Both the position numbers and the translations under genes were made by a program. The notes under the pieces were generated by a model. The model did no database searches. It was not told where the DNA came from and saw only the letters and a program-made list of their open reading frames with translations. A DNA stretch of 64,000 nt from Octopus sinensis (Eukaryota): assembly GCF_006345805.1 (NCBI RefSeq), contig NC_043017.1, positions 23,374,001 to 23,438,000 on the forward strand, in the 5' to 3' direction. Shown here in pieces: positions 1 to 14,793 of the stretch (the first letter of the stretch is position 1; each line of letters opens with the position of its first letter).

Positions 1-1916
1 CCTATAATAGAAAGAATTATTATTACTTATATATTTATCCATTTATTTAGTTTTTCCTCAAACACCAGAAACTTTACATTCAATGACCAAAGTAAGAGTT
101 CACAATATACTGTTTCTGTTGATATTTCGCTTCTCCTTAACAAATATGTAAGCAATTTTATGCAATTTGGGGTCCCTACACTCTGATCTCACTAATTATA
201 CTTCAATTAACAAAAATGATAGTCTCACACACACACACACACACACAAACATAACATGTACACACACTTTCACAACGATAAACAAATTATTCAATATAGA
301 ACCAAAATTATTCAGAAACCTTTTTCTGAACTCATAGTGAAACCTGTCAGCTTTTTAAATTTCTTAAATTTCACTGCACTTTTTTACCTTATACTTTTAT
401 CTCTCTAAACTTCTTTAGTTCACCTTATTTTGCAGACTCATTGCTTACATGGCATAATTAATAGAAGCAAGTTTTCTTAATTATTCTCTGCCTTGACTTA
501 ATCCTTAGAAAGTAAAGACATTATCTGAACTGTTTCTACTTCTAAAGAATTTCATTTGGTGCTTTAAAAAGTCTGAAGTTATTTTAAATTGGTTCTTTTA
601 ATGATTACAGAGGTTTTCTTTAAATATACATCTATTTTTTTTTGTAACATTATTTATGCACTTTGATCGCAAAATATTTTAAATTAAAATTGATTTCTTT
701 TATTTCAAAAGACTGCATTATGGTTTCAAACTTTGGTTGAAACTACTTGATTTTCTTAATACCCTTAAGAAAGATATAAATGTCATGCTTACCATTTTCC
801 CATCCCCTAAGAGAGAATGCAAGGCTTTTGAGTCTAACAAACAAGAAACAACATTGAGTTAAGCTAGCAACAAATAAACATACAGATACCTACATATTAG
901 CAAATAAATACTTACATATTAACACACATACATTCACTCATATAGATGCATACATTCCCTTACAGAAGCACACAAAAAGACACTACCTAATTAATATGCA
1001 AAGTTACATTAGATGTCTCTTTTTAAAACAAAAGTGGAAACATGCCAAAATTAACGTTGATGGCTTTCATACTAAAACTCTTTATTCCTGCCAAAGTAAA
1101 ACATTTTTATATCTATCAATTTTTCATTCATTACACTACCTTTTTTCGCTTTTATTTCTATTATTCCCCTATTTTTCTTTTTTTTTTTTACTGTTTGTTT
1201 CTGTTGCATTATCATCCACAGTATGATGATCAAATAGATTTCAAACCTGTGTTGCTGCTGCCTGCAGTTTATTTTATTTAGTAAACAACCCATTGGCTTT
1301 TATTGCGATGCATCCATAATTTACAAAATGTATTCACCAAAATTTAACAACATTCTTTGATTCACAAAACAGACTGCATCAATAAGTCATTTGTTAATTA
1401 CCCTTATTTGTACCTACTAGTTTTTATTTTCTTCGTTTAATTACAAAACTTAGGTCTCCAAGACCTACACTAACCCTCCACCAAGTTCCAAACTACATAC
1501 AATCGGATTCTGTATAGTTGGATAACTACTCACTGTACAGTGTAGTTCTAATACTGGTTTGGTTTGTATCTGTATTGTTTGCATGAGACTTTTTTTTTTT
1601 CATTTTGTGGTTTGTTAAAATTGTTTTATAGATATTGTTACAAATGTGATTGTGCTGGTTATGTCTTGTTAACCCCATTTTATTAGCAATTTGTTTCATC
1701 ACATCAGAGGCATGTTTCGTCTTTTTTATTCTTTTTTTTTTTATTATTATTATTAGCTTGTTATCACTATGGAATAGAAGCACATCATCCAGCTTCTCTC
1801 TCTGTGAACATCTGCCTCAAAATGTCATCATTTCAGGGGTTTCAGCATTTAAAAAAAAAATTAACCACTTAAATTTTCTAATCTTTGTTGATTTCTTTCA
1901 CATTTAATCAAGTAGC

Positions 1917-1946
1917 ATATATATTCTTCTTGTAAATATATATATA

Positions 1947-1977
<31 letters not shown>

Positions 1978-2420
1978 TGTATACATGCATAGATATATAT
2001 TATATATATGTATACATACATATATATATTATATATATGTATACATACATATATATATTATATATATATGGATACATACATATATATATTATATATATGT
2101 ATACATACATATATATATATGTATATGCACACATATATGCATGCATACATATATATATATATATGTATATATATTATATATGAATACATATAATATATGT
2201 ATATATATATATATATATATTATATATGAATACATATAATATATGTATACATATATATATTATATATATGTATACATTCATATATATACACACATATATA
2301 TATATATATACCTATGTATATACATTTATACATATATATATACATAACTATATATATATATATATATATATACATACATATATGTATATACACACACATG
2401 TATGTATGTATACACACTAT
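1917..2420. repeat. TA-rich compound microsatellite with a ~29-31 bp higher-order unit (tatacatacatatatatattatatatatg)
   Basis: Unit visible at least 4 times in 1990-2120; source of the YI-repeat ORFs. Confidence 0.85.
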
Positions 2421-2774
2421 TTATTTTTCACATTTTTTTAAGCTAATCCTATATATATTGTTCCACCAACCATTGCAATAGATGCTTAAATATGATTGTT
2501 GCTAAAAACAAAACAAAAAAACAACAACTAAAAACCAAAAAAAAAAAGAAAGAAAAACTATTTATTTAATTTCAAAGAAGAAACGGAAGAAGGGAACTAA
2601 AAAGAAAATAAAGATCATATAAGAAAAAAGGACTGAATGGAAATTATGGCAATGAAAGTTTGAATCCTGTCACAGGATTTAGATAGAAGTTTACTTTGAG
2701 CTGTATGTTTTCTTACTATGAACAAATGACTGCCTTTTAAAAGCCATCATGCCGAGATACCATGCATGTTTTTA

Positions 2775-2777
2775 CTA

Positions 2778-2839
<62 letters not shown>
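2775..2839. repeat. (TAT)n/(CAT)n microsatellite
   Basis: Direct reading; gives the poly-N stretch of ORF 2747..3007. Confidence 0.9.
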
Positions 2840-2840
<1 letters not shown>

Positions 2841-3783
2841 GGGATTGGGTTGGGGTGCTGATCATTGAAAAGCATGAAAAGAATTCTCCACTGAATAAAT
2901 AAAGTCTTGCTGAATAAGTGGTAGAAAAATTTTAAATTTTTCTCTGAGGGTTTATGGAAATCTCTTCCAAAAATGTTTGGCTTATTTTGGATATAATTAC
3001 TGTCCAAAAACTCTGAAATTTGTAAAAGAGGGTACTAAGATAGAGTGCCTATGAATGTGTTGATAGCCACAGTGCTGTGTGTCTTCCAAATTCAACAAGA
3101 CTTTTTCTTTATTCTTTTTTCATATGACCAGGAATAATTAATTTCTTCAGCTTCTACTTCCTGAGATAAAAGTTGTTTTAGTACTTAACCAGTTAATTTA
3201 TAACTATCGCATTGTTTTGAACAGCTAAACAATTGTTAAACAAGCAGAGAATTCAGACTACTGATGATAACATCTGTTCTTTTCTTTTCTTTTTTTTTTT
3301 TTTCTTACAAGGGCACTCAACACTGTTGATATTAGTTATCTTTTGGATTAATTGTACAGGCCCCTGAAACCAATTGTTAGTATGTTACACAAGGAAATTT
3401 CTTCCTACTTCTATTGATAGAAAACTAAAATCATTTCAAAAATAATTACTTGAAATTGTTTAACTGTTAGTTCTGATTGTTGCAACTCTGACTCAAGTAT
3501 ACATTAAAAAGAAAAAAAAAAAAACTAAAGCAGGGAAATAAAAGTAAGAAGAGGAAAGGAAAGTTTGCACACGTAAAATATTGAAAGTTTTTTTTTCTTT
3601 TTTTTTATTCTTTATCTTGGTATATCTAGGAATATTCTAGACTGTAGGGCATAATGCAACAACTGTTTCCCCTCTTTGTAAAGTATTAATAAAGAGTCAA
3701 CTGCTGAAATTAAACAAGTAAAATAAAAACTTAGTTGGTTTCCTTCTGATCTTGCCAATGTCACTTAAAATGATAAAATAAAC

Positions 3784-3820
<37 letters not shown>

Positions 3821-4070
3821 AGCACACACACACACACACACACACACATTCACGTACACACATTCAAACATTTCAAAAGTAAATAGACACCATATTTTTT
3901 AAAGATTTGTCTCTAGAAATAATGTTGAATGATGCATTTAAATACTTAATCTAGTATTAGTCGACATGCCTTTTGCTGATTTTGAGGATTTAATTTGGGC
4001 ATCATACTAATAAATAGAGTCTGCACAGATAAAGCAGTATAATGAAGGTTGTCTATTTTTGAAATATTTA

Positions 4071-4139
<69 letters not shown>

Positions 4140-7100
4140 GTAATAAAATCTAAATAAAATCCAAAAGATTCCCTTAGATTACTTTAAGTCTAAAGTTAAA
4201 GGAAACATTTCTAGAACTTTTTTTTTAATAAAACAGACATTTTCTTATTTCAAAGGAAATGTTTTTTTTTACCATAAATTACACAAAAGCCTTAATAAAC
4301 TGTCTATTGATAAAGTGAAAATAACTTTTAATATTTATTTACTGAGAAAAAATACTGAAAAAAAAAATGAATGTAAAAAAAAACAAAAAAACATTTGAAT
4401 TCTTTTTTATCTTCTGAACTTGAAGGTAAGAAAAGAGCTAGCCTGTTTATAGTGCACTTGTTTATAGGGAAAGATGCTAGCTTAAGGTAACCCCAGTGTA
4501 TACTGCAACATATTTTTTTCAAAACTTTTACCCCCAAATAATAAACTAGAACATCGAACTTTTTTTTTTGAAGACCCAATCACAGAAGTATGCAAGGAAA
4601 TGTAAATGTATTTTATTTTATAAACATAAAATTTAAATGGTAAAAAAAAGAATGATCAAACATTTTCCTTATGATAATAATAATTACTTTTTGTAACACA
4701 ATTGCTATCACTGCCCCACTCTTCCTCATTTTTTTTTTCATCCATCCATTTGTAATTTGGTCATCTATTTCTTCATACTCAACATTCTATATTTACAGCA
4801 GAATCCTCTTTATAATATACTGCCGTTGCTTGTTCTGTAATGTCAAGAAAGAAATGTATTTTTCCACTTTACAACACTTTGATATTGGTATTTTACTTAG
4901 TACCAGTTTAATAGAATACCTAATTGCTCATTTTTCTATCTATATATAGTCTTTGTAATGTTTTGATGGATTTTTTCTATGACTTCCATTTAATTCAGTT
5001 TTGTTTTTTTGGAGATAAACTTCAAAAACAAAACAATAAATATCTTAAAAGTATCAACGAATTTAGTAAAAAAAATGTCACTCTCCTTTGCAAGGAGATA
5101 AGAATATTGATTACAAAAAAAAATGTATTCTAGTTTTGATTTACATTGATCTTCTTTCTCTTGTTCCATCTTTCTTTGTACGCATCTCTCTTTTTTGAAT
5201 ATTCCCAAAGATTTTGCTTCAAACTTTCAGTGAATTTGTCATTAGTTCTTTCCCACCTGTGTTTAACAACAATATATGATTTCAGGTTTTCCTTAATAAC
5301 ACCTCATCTTCACCTCATTTTGTATCGTTTTTATGGTCTTTTCATTGTTAATATTGAACATTTGGTTCACTGGTAGAAGATCTGATCCCACCATCTTATA
5401 TTTATTGATGCAGCCAAAACGCTGCTGTTTCAAAACTTGACTTTATCCATCTGATAATTTTTCCACTCTCAGATAAAAGATGGTATGTTTGTGCCGTATC
5501 TACCAGTGACTTCACTGCAATCTAAATTGGGTAAAGTGGTTATCGAATAATTAATTATGAAAAAAAAAAATTGATATGTCTTTTCAAGCTTTGAAAATAA
5601 TTATTGTTAAAAAATTTGTAACAATATAACCCAAAATTATATTGAATTTTTTTTTTCCCACCATTTATGTGTTACTGCTCTTTGTGGCTATGAATATATA
5701 CAGGAAATTGTACCGTTATATTCTTAGTGATTCTAGTCATCGCCATTTTCTCTCTGCAGTATCTAAGGACTTGTTTTTCTTTTTTTAGGCTTCTTATTTT
5801 CTTATTTTTGTTTTGGACTTTCTCTCACTAGTTTCTTTGTTTTTTGTTGTTTTTCTGCAACCATGTGAACCTGCCCTTTTATTTTTATTTTCTGTTTCTC
5901 AAGTGTCCATTTCTCACACCATTTTAGCATTATAGTTTTCTGCCACCCATTTAAGTGGTCCCAAATTAAACCATGGCCTCCTGTTCTGTTAGCTATTGTT
6001 TTCAGGTCAAGTCTTGTTAAATCTGTTGGTTACTAATTCCATTGCATATCACACTAAACTATTAGTTATCTCCAAGTTTACCGTTGATGAATTTCTCTAT
6101 TCTATCCCTCACCCCACTTATTTCCCTTCCCTTCCCAGTACCTTTGATGTTTACCTTCACTGAAGATATATGCTCTAATATTAACATTTAGCAGGTCAAA
6201 CACACACACACACACACACACCACACACACACACACATTGTACTAAGAGTACCAAAAGGTTTTTGTTTTTACCATTTTGATATTTAAGTGTAATTTGGTT
6301 TTTCTGACAAAACATATGAAATTAATTTGGTACAGCATTAATTCAGATAAAGATCTAAAGATATATAATAAGCTTATTTACAGCTTTTGTAAGAGTGATC
6401 ATTTAGTTCTAAATGACAGATGAAACCAGTGGTACTTTTAGTATCTTTATCATCATGACTTATTCAGTGATCTTTCTTGGTTAATGTTGAGATGGTTTAC
6501 AATTTGGTAAAATTAAAACATTTTGTTACTCTAGAGTTCTTTTGCACTTAATTTCCCTTTGCTCTCCCTTCACCTTTGTTTTTCCCTACCCATGCCACAA
6601 ATGCCAAAATGAAGAAGCTTTCTAGCAATACAGTTTATGTACAGAATATTACTGTGAATATTTCTCTGTCCCACTATGGGACTATTATTACCATTGTCAC
6701 TTTAAATGACACCTTGTTGCTGCCTGTTATTTCTCCTCCTCTTTATGATTATCAATTTTCCGACTTCTTAAAATGATTTGACAAAGATAATAGTGTGGTA
6801 GTAGTAGAACCCAGAACTAAATCCTTAGCAGTATTTCATTTTGTTCCTTTTATATGTTGAATTCTAATCCTGTTGGTGCTGACTTTGCTTTTTATCCTTG
6901 GGGGTGGCAATAAAATATGTACTAGATATGTACAAAGATCAAATCTATTGATTGCATTCCTCTCTTATAAAGGCTACACATTTGTGACCTTGAACTAATT
7001 AATCATTATTTTTATTACCAACCCTCTGTGGAGTCTATAACAACATTGAAATTAATAAAGTGAAACCTTTATTAATTCAGTGATGTTCGTTATCTTGGGA

Positions 7101-9262
7101 AATGTCTTTAGCATAAACCAAATATCAGCTTTAGATTAGAAGGATCATGATACCTTGACTGAATAAGGCACCGCTCTCACCTCCTGAAGAATCGTTGTTC
7201 TATATCTCATAATCTAACTCTCCTCCACGATCTCTGACCAAGCACTGAAAATCCCTTGCTCCCCTTTAATAGCAGCAGACCCAGCAAGAACAGATAAAAA
7301 GGAGATTGGTAAGGGAGTGCCAAGGAAACTAGTGATTTATATGATTTGATCACTGAATGACCAAGCCATATAATTAATAATTTATATCATTTGGTCATAT
7401 AAATTACACAAGAGTAGAAGAAAGAATACAGAAGGAAGTTTCATTCTGTGGTTTTATATTTTGTTATTTCAAAGATTTTCCTCTTTGTCATATCATGACA
7501 GTCCCAGATGCTAATACTTCTACTCTGAGGAGTGAATGGATGAAGGTGTTCTAGTTTTTTTTAATCCATCTAGCTCTCTTAATTTTTTTTTTTTGTGTAT
7601 CGCTAGTACATTTATTATAATAATTATTGTGACTCTTGTTTGTTTTTTTTCATTAGTCCCTAAGGAATTCTGAAAAATTATTATTGTTAATTCATTTGAA
7701 AAGATAGGGCCTTTTTTAAATCTCCCCCTACCATCAATTAAGACTGTTATTTATGTGGTAGGGTACTCATAGTGCAGCTGTTATAGGTGTCTGTGTGGTA
7801 GGTGCTATAGTACAGGTGCAAGCATTCAGCATACTTAAACATAATTAATGCCCTTGGGTAAGGCTTAACCATCACAATCTCCCATTTCTCTTCCCTTTCT
7901 ATTTCAACTTGAAGCACCTTACCTTTGTATAAAATGATTGTTACAGTTATTATAGCCAGGTGAGTGTTGTAGACTAGTTAAGCCCTCAGTGTGCCAAGAT
8001 TGTGGTGTAATCTCAATTCATGATAGAAGCCTATGCTCTTCACATCATGTTGTTACTGCTCTTGTTGGGAAATGCATGAACATCCCATCCCATTCCCTCC
8101 TTTGTAAATACAAAGCCTTGAGGCAAGCCAAAAGGAATTATTACTATTATAGCTGTGTTTTGTTGGCAGTAGTTCGTCTTTTGATAAATTGAGTCTGATT
8201 TGGTTTTCATGCGTAATTAAAACATATTTGCTTAGACATCCTTATACCCATGAGAAAGGCATGACTGCCACAACTTTTCATTTTGTTTTCTACTGTAGTT
8301 TCTGAGGCTGCATGTCTAAAGTATAAACCGTTATTGATTAAAATGTGTAATAGCTAAGTGAATTAAAGGACAGGAGTTTTGATTCTCAGGTTGTGAGTTT
8401 ATACTCTACTATTACTACTACTACCAACTACTACCTACTACTACTACAACTACTACTGCTACTGTTACAACTATTACATATCCCTTGTATTTCACAAATT
8501 GTAATTTAATTCATAATTATTTATTAATCATTTTTTTTTTTTAAGTGTGTTTTCCTCTCATTGAAAAATTCATTATTTTTTTTTTTCACAGTTTTCTTTT
8601 TGTTTTGTTTTTGTTCATGGTCATTTTTGAAAATTTGTTTATTTGGTTGTCTGATTATGAGAGATGGAATGTCGAAAATCTTAATGATGTGTCATCATAA
8701 AGAAAGAAAGTAAAGAAAACACAAAAAACTGCATGTATTCATGTTACAAGACATATCATTGAGTGATAATTACAATTGTGGAATATTTTTTTTATTTTTA
8801 CTTTTTGTTTTTATTGTATTATTTTACTTTCATTATTTCATTTCTTCTTCTTCCATGAAAGAAAAAAAAGAAAACATTTTTAGAATTATTCTCTTTTTTT
8901 TTACATGATCCCCTGCTGCTCAGCTTTCTCTTCTTTGTATCCAGACATAACAAGCGAAGAGAAAGGAAATAAAAAAAAAGTCATTAAATCACTCCACACT
9001 CTCACCTCCACCACCACCTCACAATTTCACATGTATTCATTCAATCATTAAATTTTTACCAAAAGTTTTTGCTGCGGCAAAACACTCTTACACATCTGCT
9101 CTGTCAAGATATTTTACTGTTGAAAAATGGTGGAGTTGTGGAGGGATTGGTCAAAGGATAACCATTATTAACTTTAGAAATTATTATTAAAGAAAACATC
9201 ATTATAATCGCCATCATCATTGTCATCATCATTGTCATTATTGTTATTATTATTATTATTAT

Positions 9263-10345
9263 TAGATGACAGCAAGCTGGCAGAATTGTTACTGTAGCAT
9301 TTCCCCTGGTATGCCTTGTGGTATTCTGAGTTCAAATGCCACTGTAGTTAGCTTTGCCTTTCATCCTCTTCTGATCAATAAAATAAAGGCCAGTCAAGTA
9401 CTAAGGGCAATGTAGTTGATTCACACTCTCCCTCTAAAATAATAATAGTTATTATTAATTGCTTAAGAGTGGTGCAGAAATTTTAAAGGGTTAGATTAAA
9501 TGCCTTACAGAATTTAGCCTTGGCAAACCTATTTCAGGTTTTATTTTCACTGATTCAAAATAGTGCCAAAATTCTTTAGCAAAGTATTAAAAAGTTAAAA
9601 AACAAATTAAAATAAAATAAATTATTATTATTACTATTATTAACATCAAAATGGCAAAAATGATAAAATTGGTAGATTAGAGGACAAAATGCCTTGTGGT
9701 ATTAGTTATGTTACATTTTATGTTTTGAGTTCAAATTCTGCCTATGTTTTGCCTTGACCATTCATTCCTTGATGGAGTGGAGGCGGAGGGGGAATGTAAC
9801 AATAAAATATGTACAAGTGAAATAATAAAGGGAAGGGGTGGATTTAATCAACTGTACCTTATGTCTACAAATTTGTAGTCCTGTGCCTATGTTAGATATT
9901 ATTATTATTATATTATTATTAGGTGGCAAGCTGGGCAAAATGCTGAACAGTATTTCATCCATCTTTTAACATTTCATCCTTTTGGAGTCAAGGAAATAAG
10001 TACCAGTTGAACACTGGGGTCAATGTAATCGATTTTCCCTGCTCCTAATCATTCTTGGCCTTGAGCCAGACTTTGAAACCATTATTAGTATTATTATTAT
10101 TAAGGTAATGTGCTGGCAGAATTGTTATCATGCCAGAGGAAAAGCTTAGCAGCTAATAATATCAAAATGGAAAAGTGGCAGAATCATTAGACCATTAGAC
10201 AAAATGTTTTGTAATATTTAGTATGTCCTTAGTTCTGATCCCACCTGGGTCGATAAAATGCATACCAGTGCGGTAATAGGGATGGATTTAATCAACGATA
10301 CCCTCCACCTCAAAATCTGTGGCCTTGCGCCCATGTTAGTAATTG
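9263..10345 (+). mobile_element. Chain of ~5 degenerate SINE family A copies separated by (TAT)n
   Basis: Repeated GCTGGCAGAA head, TTCTGAGTTCAAAT B-box-like motif, CCTTTCATCC core and GGCCTTGTGCC tail. Confidence 0.7.
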
Positions 10346-11749
10346 TTATTATTTGTTTTTCAAGGAAATGGGCTCCAGTCACTAATTTAATTATCTGGAG
10401 CACCATCGTCATCATCATTATTATTATGATTATTATTATTACTATTATTATTATTATTATCATTGTTACTATTATTAATAAAGATGTTGCCAAATTTACA
10501 TGATGTACCCAACCATCCATCTTAAATTGCTAGTCACTATTTTTTCTGACAACTTACAACCGAGTGTTGATTAGTTAGTGTGGATGGTTAAACAGCTGAC
10601 TGCTCCATAAAACACTTAAACTTTAACTGGCTTATAGTTCAATATCTTATTAACAGTCAGATAAAGATGCATTCCAGCAATGTGAAGTTGTACAGCCACT
10701 CCATTACTGACCACCCATTGCCACTTCTACTGTCTAGAACTAACAGTGAAAACTTCCTACACGATCACTCAAACTGGTAGAAATAGCAGCTAAATATCTC
10801 TCAAATCATACCCTAGTATCTTTAAAAACAAAAACAAAGCTATATTGGATAATGCAGTTATCTTAGATATACAATGTCTAACAAAGTCAGGATGGTCACA
10901 ATTGGATCACCTTTTGATTAGATCTTGTTCAGCATTGTCCTAAAGCTAAACAACAACTACTACTGACTGAATAGTTTTTTTTTTAATTATCTTTTTTTTC
11001 TTTTGTTTTTATCTTTTATTTTATATAAATAACAACTCACAGAATATATTTTTCCACAAGTAACAAATCCTAGAATATAATTTTTTTTCTTTTGTTATAA
11101 ATGAGTTGTAATTCTCATTGTCTGTTTAAATCCCTCAGCTCGAAGTATTTGTATGGAAAACTCCAGTCCTAATATTTTTGTTCCTATTTCTATCATATTT
11201 GATTTCAAATAATCATCCTTGGAAATCCATCACCAAACTATTTTTTTTTCCTAATACCCCTTCCATGTTTTTGATTATAACGTGGTTTTAGTTATAAGCT
11301 TGTTACAAAATTTAGAAAACATTTAGTCAGCCATATGCATATACATATGATGAGAAGGCCTCCCTGCCCCTCCCTTGTAACTCATTGGGTGGTAGAGACA
11401 CCACTTGAAACAAGAGTTTCCATGTAGTGTATCTTGGGACAAGTCAATTTAGGGGAGCCATTCCTCTTCAAGCTGTATTCTCACAGAAGGAGCTGAACTC
11501 AGCACAGCAAACTAATGAAGTGCTTGTCAGTTTTAGTATGCTGCTGTCACCAACCATGGCAAGTTGTAATTACATTGTTGTACCTATTTACAGCCAGATA
11601 GCTTAGGCCTTAGGAGAATTGGTATGGCCACAAATCATAGTGTCCATGGTAGGATACAAACTGCTGACTTTTCAGTTGGTGCTCTGGTATCCTCATGACT
11701 GTTTTCTGTACCCTCACACATAGACACACATACATGCATGCATACATAC

Positions 11750-11801
<52 letters not shown>

Positions 11802-13664
11802 ATATTCTTTCTAAAAAACCTTAAGTAGAAAAATTGTGTGCCAACTCTTGATATATTTTTTCATACTGACAAAAATCATGTGAATAAGATCTTTAATTCT
11901 GGTGAATGTATGTTTTAATTGAACTCTAAATGTTAATTGTTACAGCTATGTGAAGTTTTTAGCAATTCCTTATCACATTCCTCTAATGAGAATTCACCAG
12001 TCTTTGAGAAGGTTAAAGCACTTCCATTAAAAAAGACAAGACTGCTGGCTAAAATTCCTTCAAATGCCATCTCCTATTCAAAAACCAATTTTATCATGAA
12101 CTTTCATCATTTCTAAACTAGCCAATATTTCCTTAATAGATTTGATGTTGGGGCTGGTAAATTTGGGGAGACAGAATTCTTTATATATATATATCTATAT
12201 ATATTTTTTATCTCTGAAAATTCCAGCATTCAGAAATATTCAGTTTTCTTTTTTCTTTTCTTTTCTTTTTTTTTTTTTCAATTTTTCCCTTATGACCATT
12301 AAATTTCTTTTTTAATTTTTTTTTTTCAAACCCAGTCCTTTCATTACTTTTATTTTTTTAGAAACAAATATTTCTGGAATTTCTTGCCGTCCATGAGAGT
12401 TAAAGAAATTCTCCAGTTTGAAAGATTTGCAAAAAAAAAAAAGAAAGAAAGAAAAAATTTTAAAAAAAAAAAAAATCCTACCCTTTTTAAATAATACAAC
12501 TGGTTGCTAGTCCTTTGTGAGGTCCTGATCTGTTTTCCATCAAAACTTCTGTTCATGAAAAATATTTCGAGCTTTCCATGATGTGTGAGATTTGTACAAA
12601 AAAAAAAAAAGAAAAAATGGTATGTGTTATTTATTTGACCTAATTTAAATGTTTTTGTTTTAAGTTTATGAAAACTACCTCGTTTTTTGTTACTTATTGT
12701 CCAGTTTTTGATTTTTTTTTAGGCTGACCCAGGGAATGTTCTGTCAACATTCTGGTTGTGAGGGTCAACCTATAACAATATGTATTGATTCTATTAATAT
12801 TAACATTCACACCATTGTCATACCATTACTTATTCACACCAATGTCAAACTATTTTATTTTTCTTCTCTTCTTCTCTATTTTATTAATTATCAAAAATAA
12901 TGTCTATTCATATTTCACCTTCCCTAACATATAGATGTTTAATTTTTTTTTTTCATCCTTCCACCTGGGACCAGCAGAAGAGAAAGCTTCACTCATTTAA
13001 TGTGTGTAACTTCGAAAACTTTACAAATAAATACATGAATACAAACATACATGCATATATACATATATAATGATAAGAATAGATAATCTTTGAGAGAACA
13101 TGAAAAAATTCTGTTTTTGGAACAGTGAATCTCAAAGCTGGAAAGCTATAAATAATACTGTATAACTACTTGCTTAAAAAGCTCTTTGGATAGATAAGTC
13201 AAAGGCTACCGTTTATGCTTACAGAAGACATGGGTGCATGTCCCATAGGCAGCCTTCAATTTTTTATATCCGGAAGAGTTTTTTACCCAATATTTACACG
13301 CTATTATAGTTTTTCTGCTTTGAGATTCTTCCGATTCATGAATTGTAAGTTCCCATGTGTGTTGTTGATAACTGTACATTCATTCTTGGTGTGTAAATAA
13401 ACTCAGGTTAAACCAAAGGCCTCTTTCTGTCTAACTGAAGGACAAACCTTAGAACTAGTTTCAAAGCTCGTCAAGCTGTCCTCCTATTTGTCTCACAGAG
13501 AATGCTCTGCAGTTTAACAACATGATCTGTTTATACAGCAAGGCTGAAGGTATATATCTATTAAACATCTGAGCTTATAATTATTGATACATATGTTATC
13601 TTGGAATTTTAGATATTTTATATATATATATATATGTATGTATGTACATATATGTGTGTCTATG

Positions 13665-13695
<31 letters not shown>

Positions 13696-13696
13696 G

Positions 13697-13736
<40 letters not shown>

Positions 13737-14427
13737 TACACACTCACACACACACATACATATACTCACACACATTCAGCTGGTCTGTTTATTGTTTACA
13801 TACATTTTTTTTTTTAATTTAAATTTTTGTTTTTACTTGTGCTTTCATCTCACTTGTACTAAACAAAACTGGGATTTCATGAGCTGCTCAGCAGCATATA
13901 CGGGTCTATATATTTCTTACTGCTACAAAATTTAAGATCATATCTGGAGATCAATGCTATTTAAAAAAAAAAAAAAATTATAATGATACATTTTTCTATT
14001 GCTAGATCTCACGCCAACTCTTCCCTTGGAACCAACAGGACATCAATAGGTTTCCTTCCTAACAAAAGAGCTGTGAAAATGTTTTTCAATTACAAGTTCC
14101 CAACAGCTCTCGTCTTATAACTTTTTTTTATATATCTATTAGTTTTTTGTTTTTTTTTAATTCAAGATTCTTATTGCTAACTCTTCATAAAACCAGTTCT
14201 GTTGGCTCTTTGTATACTGCTGGTCACCACGACATCCCTTTTTTGACAACACGTCTTCATTTTATTTATTTTTTATCTTATTTAGTATTTCTCGTACGTA
14301 AAACAGTAATAAAATTGGTATGATATGATTATTTTTGCGTTTGGAATTTCTTTCTTTGACAACTGTTCCACTCCCCCTCCTCTCAAAAAAAAAAAATTAA
14401 AGCTGTTTTAATAATAATAATAATAAT

Positions 14428-14793
14428 GGATGGAAGCACTCCGTCGGTTACGACGACGAGGGTTCCGGTTGATCCGATCAACGGAACAGCCTGCTCATGA
14501 AATTATCGTGTAAGTGGCTGAGCACTCCACAGACACGTGTACCCTTAACGTAGTTCTCGGGGATATTCAGCGTGACACAGAGAGTGACAAGGCCGGCCCT
14601 TTGAAATACAGGTACAACAGAAACAGGAAGTAAGAGAAAGTTGTGGTGAAAGAGTACAGCAGGGATCACCACCATCCCTACCGGAGCCTCGTGGAGCTTT
14701 AGGTGCTTTCGCTCAATAAACACTCACAACGCCCGGTCTGGGAATCGAAACCGCGAGTCCGCTGCCCTAACCATTGGGCCATTGCGCCCCCAC
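14428..14793 (-). mobile_element. tRNA(Arg)-like-headed SINE (family C; octopus OR-type by recall)
   Basis: Near-identical reverse complement of 63567-63949; head GGCGCAATGGCCCAATGGTTAGGGCAGCGGACTCGCGG; flanked on both sides by (AAT)n. Confidence 0.85.

Larger units (their letters stand above)
51..14330 (+). other. Possible 3' part of a convergent plus-strand gene (candidate short exons 51-91, 7273-7308, 14006-14049; AATAAA 14308-14313)
   Basis: T-rich plus strand by eye, a few well-formed AG...GTAAG units with open frames, and a poly(A) signal followed by a T/GT-rich tract. No recognisable protein homology. Confidence 0.25.

Noticed and set aside
1946-2441. Many YI/HT/CV-repeat ORFs (also 13514-13935, 34671-35279, 45348-46059, 46404-46647, 47556-47805)
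   Set aside because: Translations of dinucleotide micro- and minisatellites that lack stops in several frames; no coding evidence
13140-13560. Higher-complexity block that looks repeat-derived
   Set aside because: No TIR, TSD, tail or protein motif found, and no second copy in the window
14478-14723. Paralogous ORFs MFIERKHLKLHEAP... (also 63651..63902)
   Set aside because: Incidental frames of SINE family C
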